NCBI GenBank assembly: GCA_943788175.1
Contig: CALSPG010000007.1
Coordinates: 96,001 to 160,000, forward strand
DNA from: an uncultured bacterium
Lineage (GTDB): Bacteria; Fidelibacterota; Marinisomatia; Marinisomatales; UBA1611
Length of the DNA: 64,000 nucleotides
Direction of reading: 5' to 3'
Shown: positions 48,112-58,663 of the stretch, piece after piece
Layout of the letters: each line of letters opens with the position of its first letter
Numbering within the stretch: position 1 is the first letter of the stretch
Translations under genes and position numbers: made by a program
Notes under the pieces: generated by a model
Seen by the model: the letters and a program-made list of their open reading frames with translations, nothing else
Told to the model about the DNA's origin: nothing
Databases searched by the model: none

Positions 48112-49103
48112 TATTTTATATCCTCAAGAATCATATTATTTATCTTTATAACCACGTCAAGTGCATCGCGAGCATCGTAACCACTTACTATTGGTTTTTC
48201 AATTTTGAGTATTGAGTTTACGAAATTATCAAGTTCCATGCGTAATGGGTCATAATCTTCAACCGGGGGTTTTTCATAAGTAATAAATTTATCTTTATTG
48301 CCGTGTGAAAAAGGTTCTGATCTTAAAGCCTTTTCAATTTGTTTTGAATCTTGAGTAATATGATAAATTTCTGTCTGGCCAATTAATAAATCTATTGTTG
48401 AATATAGGTTGTCCTGAAATATTTTTATTTTTCGAACTTTATCTTTTGAAATTCTGCTAGATGTGATGCTTGATATTGTGCCATTAGAAAATCGTATTCT
48501 TGCATGGGCAATATCAATGGAGTCAGTCAGGATAGAAACACCACTAGCATGAATACTTTTAACCTCAGATTTTACTAATGACAATAATATATCTATATCA
48601 TGAATCATTAGATCAAGCACAACAGGGACATCAGTACCTCTTGTGGTATATGGCGCGAGTCTTTGAATTTCAATAAATTTTGGATTTAAATCATATTGTT
48701 GGAAGGCTTTGAGAGCCGGGTTTAATCTTTCAATATGCCCAACTTGAATAATCAAGTTATTATTTTTTGCGATTTTTATTAAATCATCTGCTTGGTCAAC
48801 TGTTTTGGTAATTGGTTTTTCTATAAAGACATTACAATTGAATTCTTTTAATGCTCTTTTTGCAACATCATAGTGAGCTAGAGTGGGTGTTACTATTGAT
48901 ACTCCATCGCACGCCTTCATAAGGGAGGATGCTTTTTCATGAAATTTAACACCGTACTGTTTTGCTATTTCTAAACCTCTTTTGGGGTCATTATCATGTA
49001 AACCTAAGAAATTTATGTTATTCATCTGGGCATAATGTTTGACATGGTATTGCCCTAGATGACCTACTCCAATAACTCCAATGTTAATTTTTTTTGAATT
49101 CAT
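48111..49103 (-). CDS. Gfo/Idh/MocA oxidoreductase (GnnA-like)
   Basis: IGVGHLG..H, EKP, QVGHIERLNPA, RGTDVPVVLDLMIHDID, SSRIS..KVRK. Confidence 0.85.
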   Translation of the reverse strand: MNSKKINIGVIGVGHLGQYHVKHYAQMNNINFLGLHDNDPKRGLEIAKQYGVKFHEKASSLMKACDGVSIVTPTLAHYDVAKRALKEFNCNVFIEKPITKTVDQADDLIKIAKNNNLIIQVGHIERLNPALKAFQQYDLNPKFIEIQRLAPYTTRGTDVPVVLDLMIHDIDILLSLVKSEVKSIHASGVSILTDSIDIAHARIRFSNGTISSITSSRISKDKVRKIKIFQDNLYSTIDLLIGQTEIYHITQDSKQIEKALRSEPFSHGNKDKFITYEKPPVEDYDPLRMELDNFVNSILKIEKPIVSGYDARDALDVVIKINNMILEDIK

Positions 49104-49253
49104 AAAATTAAAAATTTCTTTAATTATGTAGCTTTCAAAGTTGATAATTAATTAGTGAAATCTCCATAAAAATAATTGAGTAAAAAAACTTGCATTTAGT
49201 ATCTATATAAATCAATTTTAGGCGTAATTCGCAGGTAAAATCGGAGTTTCGTT

Positions 49254-49916
49254 ATGAGGAACGATATTAAATCCGGGATTGGGTATATAATACCATTTGG
49301 AGCTGTTATTGGTTTTTTCACTGCTCTCTTTCTTGGTCAGTTTTTAATTAGTATTATTATTGCCATAGCAGGTATTTTGGTATGGTTTTTGTATATGGTG
49401 ATAATGGAGTCTTCTCCACCATCAAACTTGGGTAACCTGATAATATTTTTTGGCGTGCTTCTTTCTGTCGGAATTTTTATGGGTTTCGGAGTATCTCAAA
49501 ATATGTGGGGAGGTGTTGAGTTTGTTTCAGAAGGGTCATTATTTGCTCTCGTAATACTTTTCTTTTCTATTCTGACAGGTATGCTTTTTAGGGGTCAGCC
49601 GTTTATCCAGCAGCCCGCAGCATCATATGACTTAAATGCTCAAGAAAAAAAATGGGTTGAAAATGCACTGCAAAGTGAAAACCAACCTAGTAGTTCAACA
49701 GAACCAAAAGTTATTGTCGTAAAACAGGAGAGTAAGTCAAGTGATGAAAGTGATAACCAGAGAAAAACATCAAATGCAAAACATGAATCTGATCAATACA
49801 ATAATCCATACGTATACGCATATCCGCCAGAATATTACTATGACGAAGATGATGACTACGAAGATGATGACTATGAAGATGATGACTATGAAGATGATGA
49901 CGAAGAGCAATCATAG
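49254..49916 (+). CDS. Hypothetical four-TM membrane protein with an acidic Tyr/Asp repeat tail
   Basis: Four hydrophobic segments, then YVYAYPPEYYY(D/E)-rich C-terminus. Confidence 0.7.
   Translation: MRNDIKSGIGYIIPFGAVIGFFTALFLGQFLISIIIAIAGILVWFLYMVIMESSPPSNLGNLIIFFGVLLSVGIFMGFGVSQNMWGGVEFVSEGSLFALVILFFSILTGMLFRGQPFIQQPAASYDLNAQEKKWVENALQSENQPSSSTEPKVIVVKQESKSSDESDNQRKTSNAKHESDQYNNPYVYAYPPEYYYDEDDDYEDDDYEDDDYEDDDEEQS
49845..49901 (+). repeat. 15-bp tandem repeat GAAGATGATGACTAY, about 3.8 copies (encodes EDDDY)
   Basis: Directly visible in the sequence. Confidence 0.9.
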
Positions 49917-49934
49917 GATAGTAGATTTTATTTT

Positions 49935-51035
49935 TTAGACATTGAATTTAAAGAAAATGCAATCTCCATCTTTCACGATATACTCTTTTCCTTCAGTCCT
50001 TTTTAATCCGAGATTAGATAATGCGCTTTCTGAACCATGGGTAATTAAATCTGAATAGCTAAAGACTTCAGCTTTAATAAAACCTCTTTCAAAATCGCTG
50101 TGTATTACTCCAGCCGATTGCTTTGCGGTTAATCCCTTCAGTATTGTCCATGCTCTTACTTCAGTTGGGCCACCTGTGAAATAAGTTTGCAATCCTAGGA
50201 GATCAAAACTGGTTTTTACTACTTTATTCAAACCTGACTCACTCAAATTATACTCTTTTAAAAAAACTTTTTCTTCTTCTTTAGATAATGTTGATATTTC
50301 TTGCTCAATAGATGCACAAACTTTTATAACAGTACTATTTTTATTTGAAGTGTATTTTACCAGTTCGTCTAAGTATTGATTTGTTGAATCGTTAATAATA
50401 TCATCTTCGCTAATATTTGCTACGTATAATATTGGTTTATTAGTTAGCAGGTGAAAAGATTTTGAAACCTCAAATTCTTCGGGCGAGTATTCTATACTGT
50501 TGGCCAAAAGGCCATCACCACAATGCCTTACAAGTTTTTCTAGTAGCTCAACTTCAAAGTTTAGTTTTTTGTCACCGCCTCTAGCGAGCTTTTTTGTTTT
50601 ATCAAGTTTTTTTTCAAGAGCATCTAAATCAGCAAGTAATAATTCAGTTTCGATAATTTCAGCATCTCTTACAGGATTTACTTTACCATTTACATGTACA
50701 ATATCAGGGTCATCAAAACATCTAACAACATGAATAATAGCAGATGTTTCTCTAATCTGACCTAAAAATTTATTTCCTAGCCCTTCTCCTTTATTCGCTC
50801 CCTGAACTAGGCCAGCAATATCAATAAATTCGACTGTTGCAGGTACAACTTTCTCCGGGTTGTAGATGTTTTTTAATTTATCTAAACGTTCATCTGGCAA
50901 ATTGACAATACCAACATGGGGGTCGATTGTGCAAAAAGGAAAATTTTCAGCTGGTGCATTTGATTTTGTTAAGGCATTAAAAAGCGTTGACTTACCTACG
51001 TTGGGAAGTCCAACTATGCCACACTGTAATGCCAT
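49935..51035 (-). CDS. ychF: Redox-regulated ATPase YchF
   Basis: GIVGLPNVGKST, NFPFCTIDP, DIAGLV.GA..GEGLGNKFL, HSDFERGFI.AE, FKFNV. Confidence 0.97.
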   Translation of the reverse strand: MALQCGIVGLPNVGKSTLFNALTKSNAPAENFPFCTIDPHVGIVNLPDERLDKLKNIYNPEKVVPATVEFIDIAGLVQGANKGEGLGNKFLGQIRETSAIIHVVRCFDDPDIVHVNGKVNPVRDAEIIETELLLADLDALEKKLDKTKKLARGGDKKLNFEVELLEKLVRHCGDGLLANSIEYSPEEFEVSKSFHLLTNKPILYVANISEDDIINDSTNQYLDELVKYTSNKNSTVIKVCASIEQEISTLSKEEEKVFLKEYNLSESGLNKVVKTSFDLLGLQTYFTGGPTEVRAWTILKGLTAKQSAGVIHSDFERGFIKAEVFSYSDLITHGSESALSNLGLKRTEGKEYIVKDGDCIFFKFNV

Positions 51036-51580
51036 TAAAATGAATCCAGAGAGGGATCTTTGCCAAAATCATATACTAGATTATCAAAAATTCCTACTTG
51101 CAAGTTTTTTGCTGTATATATCTTTTTATTATCAGCTTGCATTTCAGCATCGGCCCATATCATTGATTTAGATTTTGTAATTAGTTTTTTAATAGAAACA
51201 TTGTAAACTATTTTTTTATGATAAGGTCTTACTTGCCCACGAAATTTAACATCGCCTACTCCCAAAGCTCTGCCTTTGCCTTTTGCGCCGCTCCAGGTAA
51301 GAAAAAAGCCAACTAATTGCCACATACCATCTAGTCCTAGACAACCCGGCATTACTGGATCGCCTTTGAAATGACAATGGAAAAACCAAGATTCATCAGT
51401 TATATCCATTTCAGCAATGATTGAACCTTTATCATAAGTTCCGCCGCTGTTTTTAATGCTTAATATTCTATCAATCATTAACATTGGGTCTTGAGGTAGT
51501 TTAGCATTGCTCTGACCAAACATGTCTCCATTCGCCATTGATATTAAATCTTCCTTATTGTAAGAGTTTCTCTGACTCAT
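51035..51580 (-). CDS. fabA: 3-hydroxyacyl-ACP dehydratase/isomerase FabA
   Basis: LP..PMLMIDRI, WFFHCHFKGDPVMPGCLGLDGMWQLVGF, GRALGVG.VKF.GQV. Confidence 0.92.
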   Translation of the reverse strand: MSQRNSYNKEDLISMANGDMFGQSNAKLPQDPMLMIDRILSIKNSGGTYDKGSIIAEMDITDESWFFHCHFKGDPVMPGCLGLDGMWQLVGFFLTWSGAKGKGRALGVGDVKFRGQVRPYHKKIVYNVSIKKLITKSKSMIWADAEMQADNKKIYTAKNLQVGIFDNLVYDFGKDPSLDSF

Positions 51581-51708
51581 ATAATTAAATTTCCTTTATT
51601 ATGCTTTTTATTGGTGTGATATATTATTACCAAATTGCGAATTATACATTTGAATCTATTTAATAATTAAAATTTTGGTAATTTATTATCTAAATATATG
51701 GAGGAATT

Positions 51709-52491
51709 ATGTCTAAATGGGCTTTAATACTTGGTGCATCAACAGGACATGGTGGTGCTACTGCAATTAGTCTTGCTGAAAAAGGATATGGAATTATAGG
51801 CTTTCACTTTGATAGAGGTGAAACAAAAAAAGAGGCAGAAAAAACAATTTCTAAAGTAAATGAATTAAACGGAGGTCTATGCCATTATTGGAATACAAAT
51901 GCAGCCTCTGAGCAGGCAATGGATAAATATATTCCTGAAATTAAAAAAATAGTGGGTGATGGTCATCTTAAATTATTTTTACACTCGATTGCCTTTGGCA
52001 CGACTACTAATTTTTTTGGTGAAACTCCTGTAACTCAGCGACAAATGGATATGACTGTTCATGTCATGGGAAATTCTCTACTCTATTGGACCCAAAAATT
52101 ATTTGAACAAAAATTAATAGGCGAAGGCTCAAGAATTTTAGGATTAACCAGTGAAGGCAATTATCTTGCTATGGAGGGTTATGGTCCTGTTAGCGTTGCG
52201 AAGGTAGCTATGGAGGCAATCATTAGGCAAATCGGTTGGGAATTAGGAGAGTTTGGAATTACAGCAAATGCAATTCAAGCAGGAATAACGCCAACGCGTG
52301 CATTAACCAAGATTACTGATCGATGGGAAACTTGGGTTGAAAATACAAAAAAAAGGAACCCCATGCGTCGAACTACAACACCTAATGATGTCGCAAATAC
52401 TGTTAAGCTTTTATTAGAATCAGAAGCTGATTTTATTAATTGTTCAATTATTTATTGTGATGGAGGAGAGCACAGATCTGGCTCTTTTTAG
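51709..52491 (+). CDS. SDR family enoyl-ACP reductase (FabL/FabI-like)
   Basis: ILGASTGHG, HSIAFG, TSEG, Y-x6-K (YGPVSVAK), T.AL..I, NP..R.TTP.DVA, DGGE. Confidence 0.75.
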   Translation: MSKWALILGASTGHGGATAISLAEKGYGIIGFHFDRGETKKEAEKTISKVNELNGGLCHYWNTNAASEQAMDKYIPEIKKIVGDGHLKLFLHSIAFGTTTNFFGETPVTQRQMDMTVHVMGNSLLYWTQKLFEQKLIGEGSRILGLTSEGNYLAMEGYGPVSVAKVAMEAIIRQIGWELGEFGITANAIQAGITPTRALTKITDRWETWVENTKKRNPMRRTTTPNDVANTVKLLLESEADFINCSIIYCDGGEHRSGSF

Positions 52492-52507
52492 AAAGATAGA
52501 ATAAGTT

Positions 52508-52903
52508 TTAACTTGGTTCGTTTTTATTTTGAAGAGTTATTTTCTCTTTAATTAGTTCAACTAGTTCATGCGTATCTGGGGATGGCGATAAATCAAAGCT
52601 GTTTTCAGCTTCTCTTAAAGCATATTCCCACCAACCTTTTTTTGTGTATGAGAGAGCCAGTTTGAAGTGGGCTGTTCCTAAAATTTTAAATTGTTCTCTG
52701 TCTAGCTTGCTATGATCAGGGGGAAGCAAGCGACTAACTTCACGGTATTCTGTTATAGCATCATCGATTAGTCCTTTTTGGAGATACCAATTCCCTAATT
52801 CAAGGTGTTGTTCTGGATCTTTCTCGCAAGCGAATAGAAACAACATAGCGATTGTCATCAGAGCTTGTAGTACGTATTGTTTATATAATTTCATAATATT
52901 CAA
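52508..52903 (-). CDS. Small TPR lipoprotein
   Basis: Lipobox LFAC; HLELGNWYLQKGLIDDAITEY, AHFKLALSY. Confidence 0.7.
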   Translation of the reverse strand: MNIMKLYKQYVLQALMTIAMLFLFACEKDPEQHLELGNWYLQKGLIDDAITEYREVSRLLPPDHSKLDREQFKILGTAHFKLALSYTKKGWWEYALREAENSFDLSPSPDTHELVELIKEKITLQNKNEPS

Positions 52904-52950
52904 CTATGAATATTGATGTGCGTGCGTTCTAAAATCAAGAACAAAATAAA

Positions 52951-54198
52951 TTAAGCAGATAATTTCTTTAGTTTTGGGTCCTTTACAAAAAAATAAAGAA
53001 TTATCAACGCTATAAACAAGCAAAACCCTATAATGCAGAATGATAAAACAAACTGATTTTTGGTTATTAAAAATCCAATTCCCACTAAAAAGATTAAGGA
53101 AAAAGGTGCTAAAAAAGAGTCTATTAAAGCCATGTATGTTTTTTTATCTTCTAAATCAGCAAAGTCATAAATTAAATTCATTGCTGATGGCATAAAAGCA
53201 CCTTGTCCTGCACCTATCGATATAAAAATGCAATATACATAAAACATATTTTTTGATAACAAAGCTAGGATTACTGCTAATAAATGAAATGAATAAGCTA
53301 TTAGCATACTGACTTTGTGACCATGTTTATCTCCCAAGTATCCAGATATATAACTAGATATTCCCATGGAGATAACATTTAAAACTGTGAATGAGCCAAT
53401 TTCACTAATATTGAATCCGAATTTTTTTTGACAAAAAACTGCATATAGGCCTAATGCTGGTAGCGTAGCGCAATAAAATATTCTAGAATAGAGATATCGA
53501 TGAAAATTGGGACGGTTTTTAATGATTAGTTTTGTTTCTTCTCTAAACTGTTTGAAAGATGTGCTACTTTTATTTTGCTTTTTTTCCTTATAAAAAGAGA
53601 AGAAAAAAGTGCCAATAGATAAACAAAGGAACAAAATAATAAAACCATAGCCAAAGTTTTTTGGGAAAGGAGTATTTGATTCTAGTAAAAACTTTAGCAC
53701 TATACCTCCTCCAAATGCGCCCAGACTATTAAAAGCAAACCCCACTCCAAAAAACTTTCCCCTTAAAGATCTTTTTGTCGTTTTTTCTAAGAAGTCTGCC
53801 CAGATAGGAACAATAATTCCAATAGAAAGAGAATAGATAATAAAAAGGCTGAAGTATATTTTCCAGGCGATAATAGATTTTCCCATACCAGAAAAAGCAA
53901 AAATATACCCTAAAATAAATGTAACAACTAAAATTGTACAATGTGCGATTATCACCATTTTTTTCATATTGGTTACATTTCTTGTCAATGCCGCTGTAAA
54001 AAGCATAGGCATAGCTATAATAATCGAAAACAATCCAGCAGATGAAGTTGCGATTACATTGGGCGATCCCAGTTCTTTTAAAAATAATGGTACAACAGCA
54101 TATACAGTGTGAAATGCGGTTCCAAATCCCCAAAAAAATTCATGTAAATTGTTAAATTTTTGGTTTTTATAATGGTCTTTTAGGCTTAAGCCCTTCAT
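52951..54198 (-). CDS. MFS transporter
   Basis: About 12 TM segments; LRGKFFG, GYLGDKHGHK. Confidence 0.85.
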   Translation of the reverse strand: MKGLSLKDHYKNQKFNNLHEFFWGFGTAFHTVYAVVPLFLKELGSPNVIATSSAGLFSIIIAMPMLFTAALTRNVTNMKKMVIIAHCTILVVTFILGYIFAFSGMGKSIIAWKIYFSLFIIYSLSIGIIVPIWADFLEKTTKRSLRGKFFGVGFAFNSLGAFGGGIVLKFLLESNTPFPKNFGYGFIILFLCLSIGTFFFSFYKEKKQNKSSTSFKQFREETKLIIKNRPNFHRYLYSRIFYCATLPALGLYAVFCQKKFGFNISEIGSFTVLNVISMGISSYISGYLGDKHGHKVSMLIAYSFHLLAVILALLSKNMFYVYCIFISIGAGQGAFMPSAMNLIYDFADLEDKKTYMALIDSFLAPFSLIFLVGIGFLITKNQFVLSFCIIGFCLFIALIILYFFVKDPKLKKLSA

Positions 54199-55087
54199 TT
54201 GATTTTTCTTGAGTTAAAATTGTAACGGATGATAAAAGCATTACCGCTCCTAAAAGTTGAAATGAAGTAAGAGGGTTGTCATTTTTTATCCAATCTATGA
54301 TAACTGCAGATAGGGGCCAGAAAAGTTCAAACAAAGTTGTATGAGAAGCGGGAAGTTTATTTAAACCGTAGTAGTAAATAAAAAGAGCAAAAGTACCTGT
54401 AGATAGAACAATAACTAACAAAACCTGCCATTGTTTATATGTTACATTGCTATTTAATATATTCCAGTCTAGTACAAAAATAAGAGCGAGGCCAGTTATA
54501 GTAGTCATCATTAGCCTCAAAGCTGTGACAGCGCTATAATGTAAGTTTGCTAAAGCTTTTTTACCAATGACTGTTGAACTCCCCCAGCAAAAAGCAGCTA
54601 AGAGTGCAAACAAAGCAGCGATTAAAGTGTTATCATCCCAGCTAGAGATAGGATTGTTTCCAAAGGTAATTAAGTAGCCTCCTAAAATTGATATTGCTGC
54701 TAGCAGCATATATCTATTTGTTAATTTTTCTTTTAAAATAATTGTTGCTAATGACATTGCAAATAAAGGTTGGAATTTTTGTAAAAGGACAACAATTGAT
54801 AGGTCTATATAACCAACATAACTCAATGCTTTTGTGTAAAAATAAGTACCACAAATACCTCCGAAAAATGAAATCCATATAATAGAGAACCATCCAGATT
54901 GATTTAATTTTTTGATATCCTGCCAAAAGTTTTTTAAAAAAGGGAAGAAGATTAAACTCCCAATACCATGCTCAATGGTTATTACTAATAGCGGAGATAG
55001 TATATACAATGACTGCCGAAGAAAAGCATCAAGACTCCAAAGTAAAGCTGCAAAAATGATTGCAAAATAAGGTAAATATTTTTTCAT
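54167..55087 (-). CDS. DMT/EamA family transporter
   Basis: AALLWS, LQKFQPLFA, ILKEK, AAFCWGSSTV.GK; about 10 TM helices. Confidence 0.88.
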   Translation of the reverse strand: MKKYLPYFAIIFAALLWSLDAFLRQSLYILSPLLVITIEHGIGSLIFFPFLKNFWQDIKKLNQSGWFSIIWISFFGGICGTYFYTKALSYVGYIDLSIVVLLQKFQPLFAMSLATIILKEKLTNRYMLLAAISILGGYLITFGNNPISSWDDNTLIAALFALLAAFCWGSSTVIGKKALANLHYSAVTALRLMMTTITGLALIFVLDWNILNSNVTYKQWQVLLVIVLSTGTFALFIYYYGLNKLPASHTTLFELFWPLSAVIIDWIKNDNPLTSFQLLGAVMLLSSVTILTQEKSNEGLKPKRPL

Positions 55088-55095
55088 TAGATTGT

Positions 55096-55653
55096 TTAGC
55101 TGACCCCTGAAGTATTGGTGATGTCATTAACTTCAATACCTAATGAATGAGTTGCTAGAAGCCAAATATGCTCTGCCTCATTTTCAAAAATTAAGTTTGA
55201 TGTTGCTTTTTGTAAAAGCCAATCACCATTTTCAATCTCTCGTTCAAGTTGTCCTTGGCTCCAACCAGCATGCCCCAAAAACAGTTTGTGCTTCACATTA
55301 CTTGACTTCGCAATGGATGTTAATGATATGATATCACTAGAAATCGAAATTTTATCATCAAGTAAAAGAGATTTATTATCTGTATCATCATTATGCAAAA
55401 ATAATAGTTTATTAGTCAGGACTGGTCCACCGATAAATAATTTATTATCAGTAATGTAATCATCAAATTTAATTTTTTGTTTAGATTCAGAATTAAATTT
55501 GACGGAAATGCTATTTTTATTGATTTCTTTATTTATGATTAAGCCCATTGCTCCTTGTTCATCATGTTCACATAAAAATATGACTGATCTTCCAAATAAT
55601 TGATCTTTCATATGCGGTATTGAAATAAGGAAATGATTTTTAAGTGTGTTCAT
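55096..55653 (-). CDS. YqgE/AlgH (UPF0301) family protein
   Basis: FLIS.P.M.D..F.RSVI..CEH...GAMGL.IN, GGPV, GHAGW..GQLE.EI..GDW. Confidence 0.92.
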   Translation of the reverse strand: MNTLKNHFLISIPHMKDQLFGRSVIFLCEHDEQGAMGLIINKEINKNSISVKFNSESKQKIKFDDYITDNKLFIGGPVLTNKLLFLHNDDTDNKSLLLDDKISISSDIISLTSIAKSSNVKHKLFLGHAGWSQGQLEREIENGDWLLQKATSNLIFENEAEHIWLLATHSLGIEVNDITNTSGVS

Positions 55654-55727
55654 TCAAATATAATTTTCATTGAAAAAGATTACCTAAGGGTTTTGGTGCT
55701 AGGCAATAATTTGCTGTAATATAAAGG

Positions 55728-58580
55728 ATGCCTAAAATTAAAAAAACAAATGATAATGAAAAATCTTTAACACAAATTGTTGTAAAAGGTGCGCGCCAAC
55801 ATAATCTTAAAGATATTGACATTAGTATACCTCGAGATAAGTTAGTTGTAATTACAGGTCTTTCTGGCTCTGGTAAATCTTCGTTAGCTTTTGATACTAT
55901 ATATGCTGAGGGGCAGCGTCGATATGTCGAGTCATTATCAACATATGCAAGACAATTTCTAGGCCTCATGGAAAAGCCAGATATGGACACTATCGAAGGC
56001 TTGTCTCCTGCGATTAGCATTGAGCAAAAAGCTAGTGCTAGAAACCCGAGGAGTACGGTTGGTACTGTAACTGAAATCCATGATTATTTAAGATTGCTTT
56101 ATGCTCATGTGGGACAACCTGTTTGTTGGAAATGTAATGATCCCATTGAAAAACAATCAGTTCAACAAATAGTTGACACTATATTTAAAATTAAACAGAA
56201 AACTAAATTTTATATTTTAGCTCCTGTTATTAGAAGCAAAAAAGGGCAGCACAAAAACCTAATTAAACAGATCCAAAAAAAAGGGTTTCTGCGAATAAGG
56301 GTTGATGGAATTACTTATAAGGTAGATGACAAAATCAATCTGGATAAAAACAAAAAACATACGATTGAGATTTTAGTAGATAGATTAATAGTAGAAGATG
56401 CGATGCATGAAAGAATTACGGAGTCTGTTGAATTAGCTTTAAAGTTAGGAGAAGGATTAATTGTTGTACATGAGTTAAAGGGTAAAGATCATATATTCAG
56501 TGAAAACTTTGCTTGTGCTAAATGCGAAGTTAGTCTAGAAGAATTAACCCCTAGAATGTTCTCATTTAACTCCCCATTTGGTGCATGTAAAAAGTGTGAA
56601 GGTATCGGCACGCATATGGAGGTTAACCCAGATTTAGTAGTCCCTGATAAAAATAAATCATTAGTACAGGGCGCGATTGTCTCACTTGGCGAGCAGCCTA
56701 GAGGTAATTGGTATGGAAGTATTTTAAAGAGCCTGTCAAAACATTTAAACTTTAGCTTTTCTACTCCATGGATAAAGCTTGATAAAGATACTCGATATGA
56801 GCTTTTATATGGTTCAGGCAAGACAGAATACCAGATGCAATACAGTTCAGATAGATGGTCGGGAACATATAGCGGAGGTTGGGAAGGTGCAATTCCAAAC
56901 TTAATGCGGAGATATAAGCAAACAAAATCCAATGGAGTAAGAGAGTGGATAGAGCAGTTTATGAGTATGAGAGATTGCTCTGATTGTAATGGAACGAGAC
57001 TTAAGAAAGAGAGCAGGTCAGTGCTCATTGACGGGAAAAACCTTGGTGAAATTTCTTCTCTATCAGTAAAAAACTTACAGGTCTTTTTTAATAAAATAAA
57101 ACTTTCTAAAAAAGAAGAACAGATTGCAAATCAAATTTTAAAAGAAATTAATCAGAGATTGTCTTTTTTAAATAATGTAGGTCTTGGGTATTTGTCATTG
57201 AGCAGGTCTGCGGCTACTTTATCTGGCGGAGAGTCTCAACGAATTCGTCTCGCAACTCAAATAGGTTCACAATTAATGGGTGTATTATACATACTTGATG
57301 AGCCTTCTATAGGCTTGCACTCAAGAGATAATGCAAGATTGCTTTCAACATTAAAAACATTAAGAGATATCGGAAACTCCATACTCGTTGTTGAGCATGA
57401 TCAAGAGACGATGGAATCATCAGATTATATTATAGATATTGGACCAAAAGCAGGAAAGCTTGGTGGTGAAGTTGTTTTTGCTGGAGAACCTAAAGAAATA
57501 TATAAGTCAAAAAAATCGCTAACGGGAAAATATTTATCAGGTCAAAGATCTATTGAGATTCCAAAAAATAGAAGACTAAAAAAAACATCATCAATTAAGC
57601 TTACTGGAGCTAAGGGTAATAATTTAAAAGATATAGATGTTGAGTTTCCATTGGGGAAATTAATATCAATCTCTGGTGTTTCAGGGAGTGGGAAAAGCAC
57701 ATTAATTAATGAAACTTTATATCCAATAATTACTCAACATATAAATAGATCTAGGGTTTACCCATTAGAGTATTCATCTATTGAAGGTTTAAAGTTCATT
57801 GATAAAGTTATTCAAATTGATCAAAAACCAATTGGTAGGACACCTCGATCAAACCCTGCTACATATACGGGTCTTTTTACTTTTGTTCGAGATCTTTTTG
57901 CTAAATTGCCTGACTCAAAAATTAAAGGCTATAAGCCGGGTAGATTTTCTTTTAATGTTAAAGGTGGTAGATGCGAATCGTGCGAAGGTGATGGGATTAT
58001 AAAAATAGAAATGAATTTTTTGCCAGATGTATATGTTACATGTGAAATATGTAATGGAAAGAGATACAATAGAGAAACCTTAGAAATAAAATATAAAGGT
58101 AAATCAATATCTGATGTATTAGATATGGATGTGGATGAAGCGATAGGCTTTTTTGAAAATATTCCAGCAGTCACGAAAAAATTACAAACGCTTAAAGATG
58201 TAGGCTTGGGGTATATACATTTAGGGCAGCAAGCGACAACTCTTTCTGGGGGGGAAGCTCAAAGAGTCAAATTATCAACGGAACTTTCAAAAATGAGCAC
58301 ACGTAAAACTTTATACATTCTTGATGAGCCAACTACGGGGTTACACTTTGAAGATATAAGAATACTTCTTAAAGTTCTACAGCAATTAGTTGATCGTGGT
58401 AATACAGTTTTAATTATTGAACATAATATGGATGTAATAAAATCATCAGACTGGGTAATCGACCTTGGGCCTGAGGGTGGGGATGAAGGTGGAGAGATTA
58501 TTGCATGCGGAACACCGGAAATGGTAGCAGAGGATAAAAAGTCATATACTGGTCATTTTTTAAAAGACATGTTAAAATAA
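55728..58580 (+). CDS. uvrA: Excinuclease ABC subunit A
   Basis: [31 protein letters not shown], two LSGGE signatures, Zn fingers. Confidence 0.99.
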   Translation: MPKIKKTNDNEKSLTQIVVKGARQHNLKDIDISIPRDKLVVITGLSGSGKSSLAFDTIYAEGQRRYVESLSTYARQFLGLMEKPDMDTIEGLSPAISIEQKASARNPRSTVGTVTEIHDYLRLLYAHVGQPVCWKCNDPIEKQSVQQIVDTIFKIKQKTKFYILAPVIRSKKGQHKNLIKQIQKKGFLRIRVDGITYKVDDKINLDKNKKHTIEILVDRLIVEDAMHERITESVELALKLGEGLIVVHELKGKDHIFSENFACAKCEVSLEELTPRMFSFNSPFGACKKCEGIGTHMEVNPDLVVPDKNKSLVQGAIVSLGEQPRGNWYGSILKSLSKHLNFSFSTPWIKLDKDTRYELLYGSGKTEYQMQYSSDRWSGTYSGGWEGAIPNLMRRYKQTKSNGVREWIEQFMSMRDCSDCNGTRLKKESRSVLIDGKNLGEISSLSVKNLQVFFNKIKLSKKEEQIANQILKEINQRLSFLNNVGLGYLSLSRSAATLSGGESQRIRLATQIGSQLMGVLYILDEPSIGLHSRDNARLLSTLKTLRDIGNSILVVEHDQETMESSDYIIDIGPKAGKLGGEVVFAGEPKEIYKSKKSLTGKYLSGQRSIEIPKNRRLKKTSSIKLTGAKGNNLKDIDVEFPLGKLISISGVSGSGKSTLINETLYPIITQHINRSRVYPLEYSSIEGLKFIDKVIQIDQKPIGRTPRSNPATYTGLFTFVRDLFAKLPDSKIKGYKPGRFSFNVKGGRCESCEGDGIIKIEMNFLPDVYVTCEICNGKRYNRETLEIKYKGKSISDVLDMDVDEAIGFFENIPAVTKKLQTLKDVGLGYIHLGQQATTLSGGEAQRVKLSTELSKMSTRKTLYILDEPTTGLHFEDIRILLKVLQQLVDRGNTVLIIEHNMDVIKSSDWVIDLGPEGGDEGGEIIACGTPEMVAEDKKSYTGHFLKDMLK

Positions 58581-58663
58581 TTACAATTAGAATTAGTCTT
58601 CTTGGTGTCTGACGCTTGAATTCGTAATTTTAGTATCTAATAGAACAAATTTAGTTCAATTAT

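Noticed and set aside
49845-49901. CRISPR-like repeat
   Set aside because: Contiguous in-frame 15-bp tandem repeat with no spacers and no cas genes.
55667-56020. Antisense ORF over the uvrA start, and similar short ORFs (56489-57028, 58759-59190, 16564-16956, 14410-14727, 24142-24615, 10030-10299, 62737-63009)
   Set aside because: Shadow ORFs overlapping well-supported genes or the tRNA, with no recognisable motifs.
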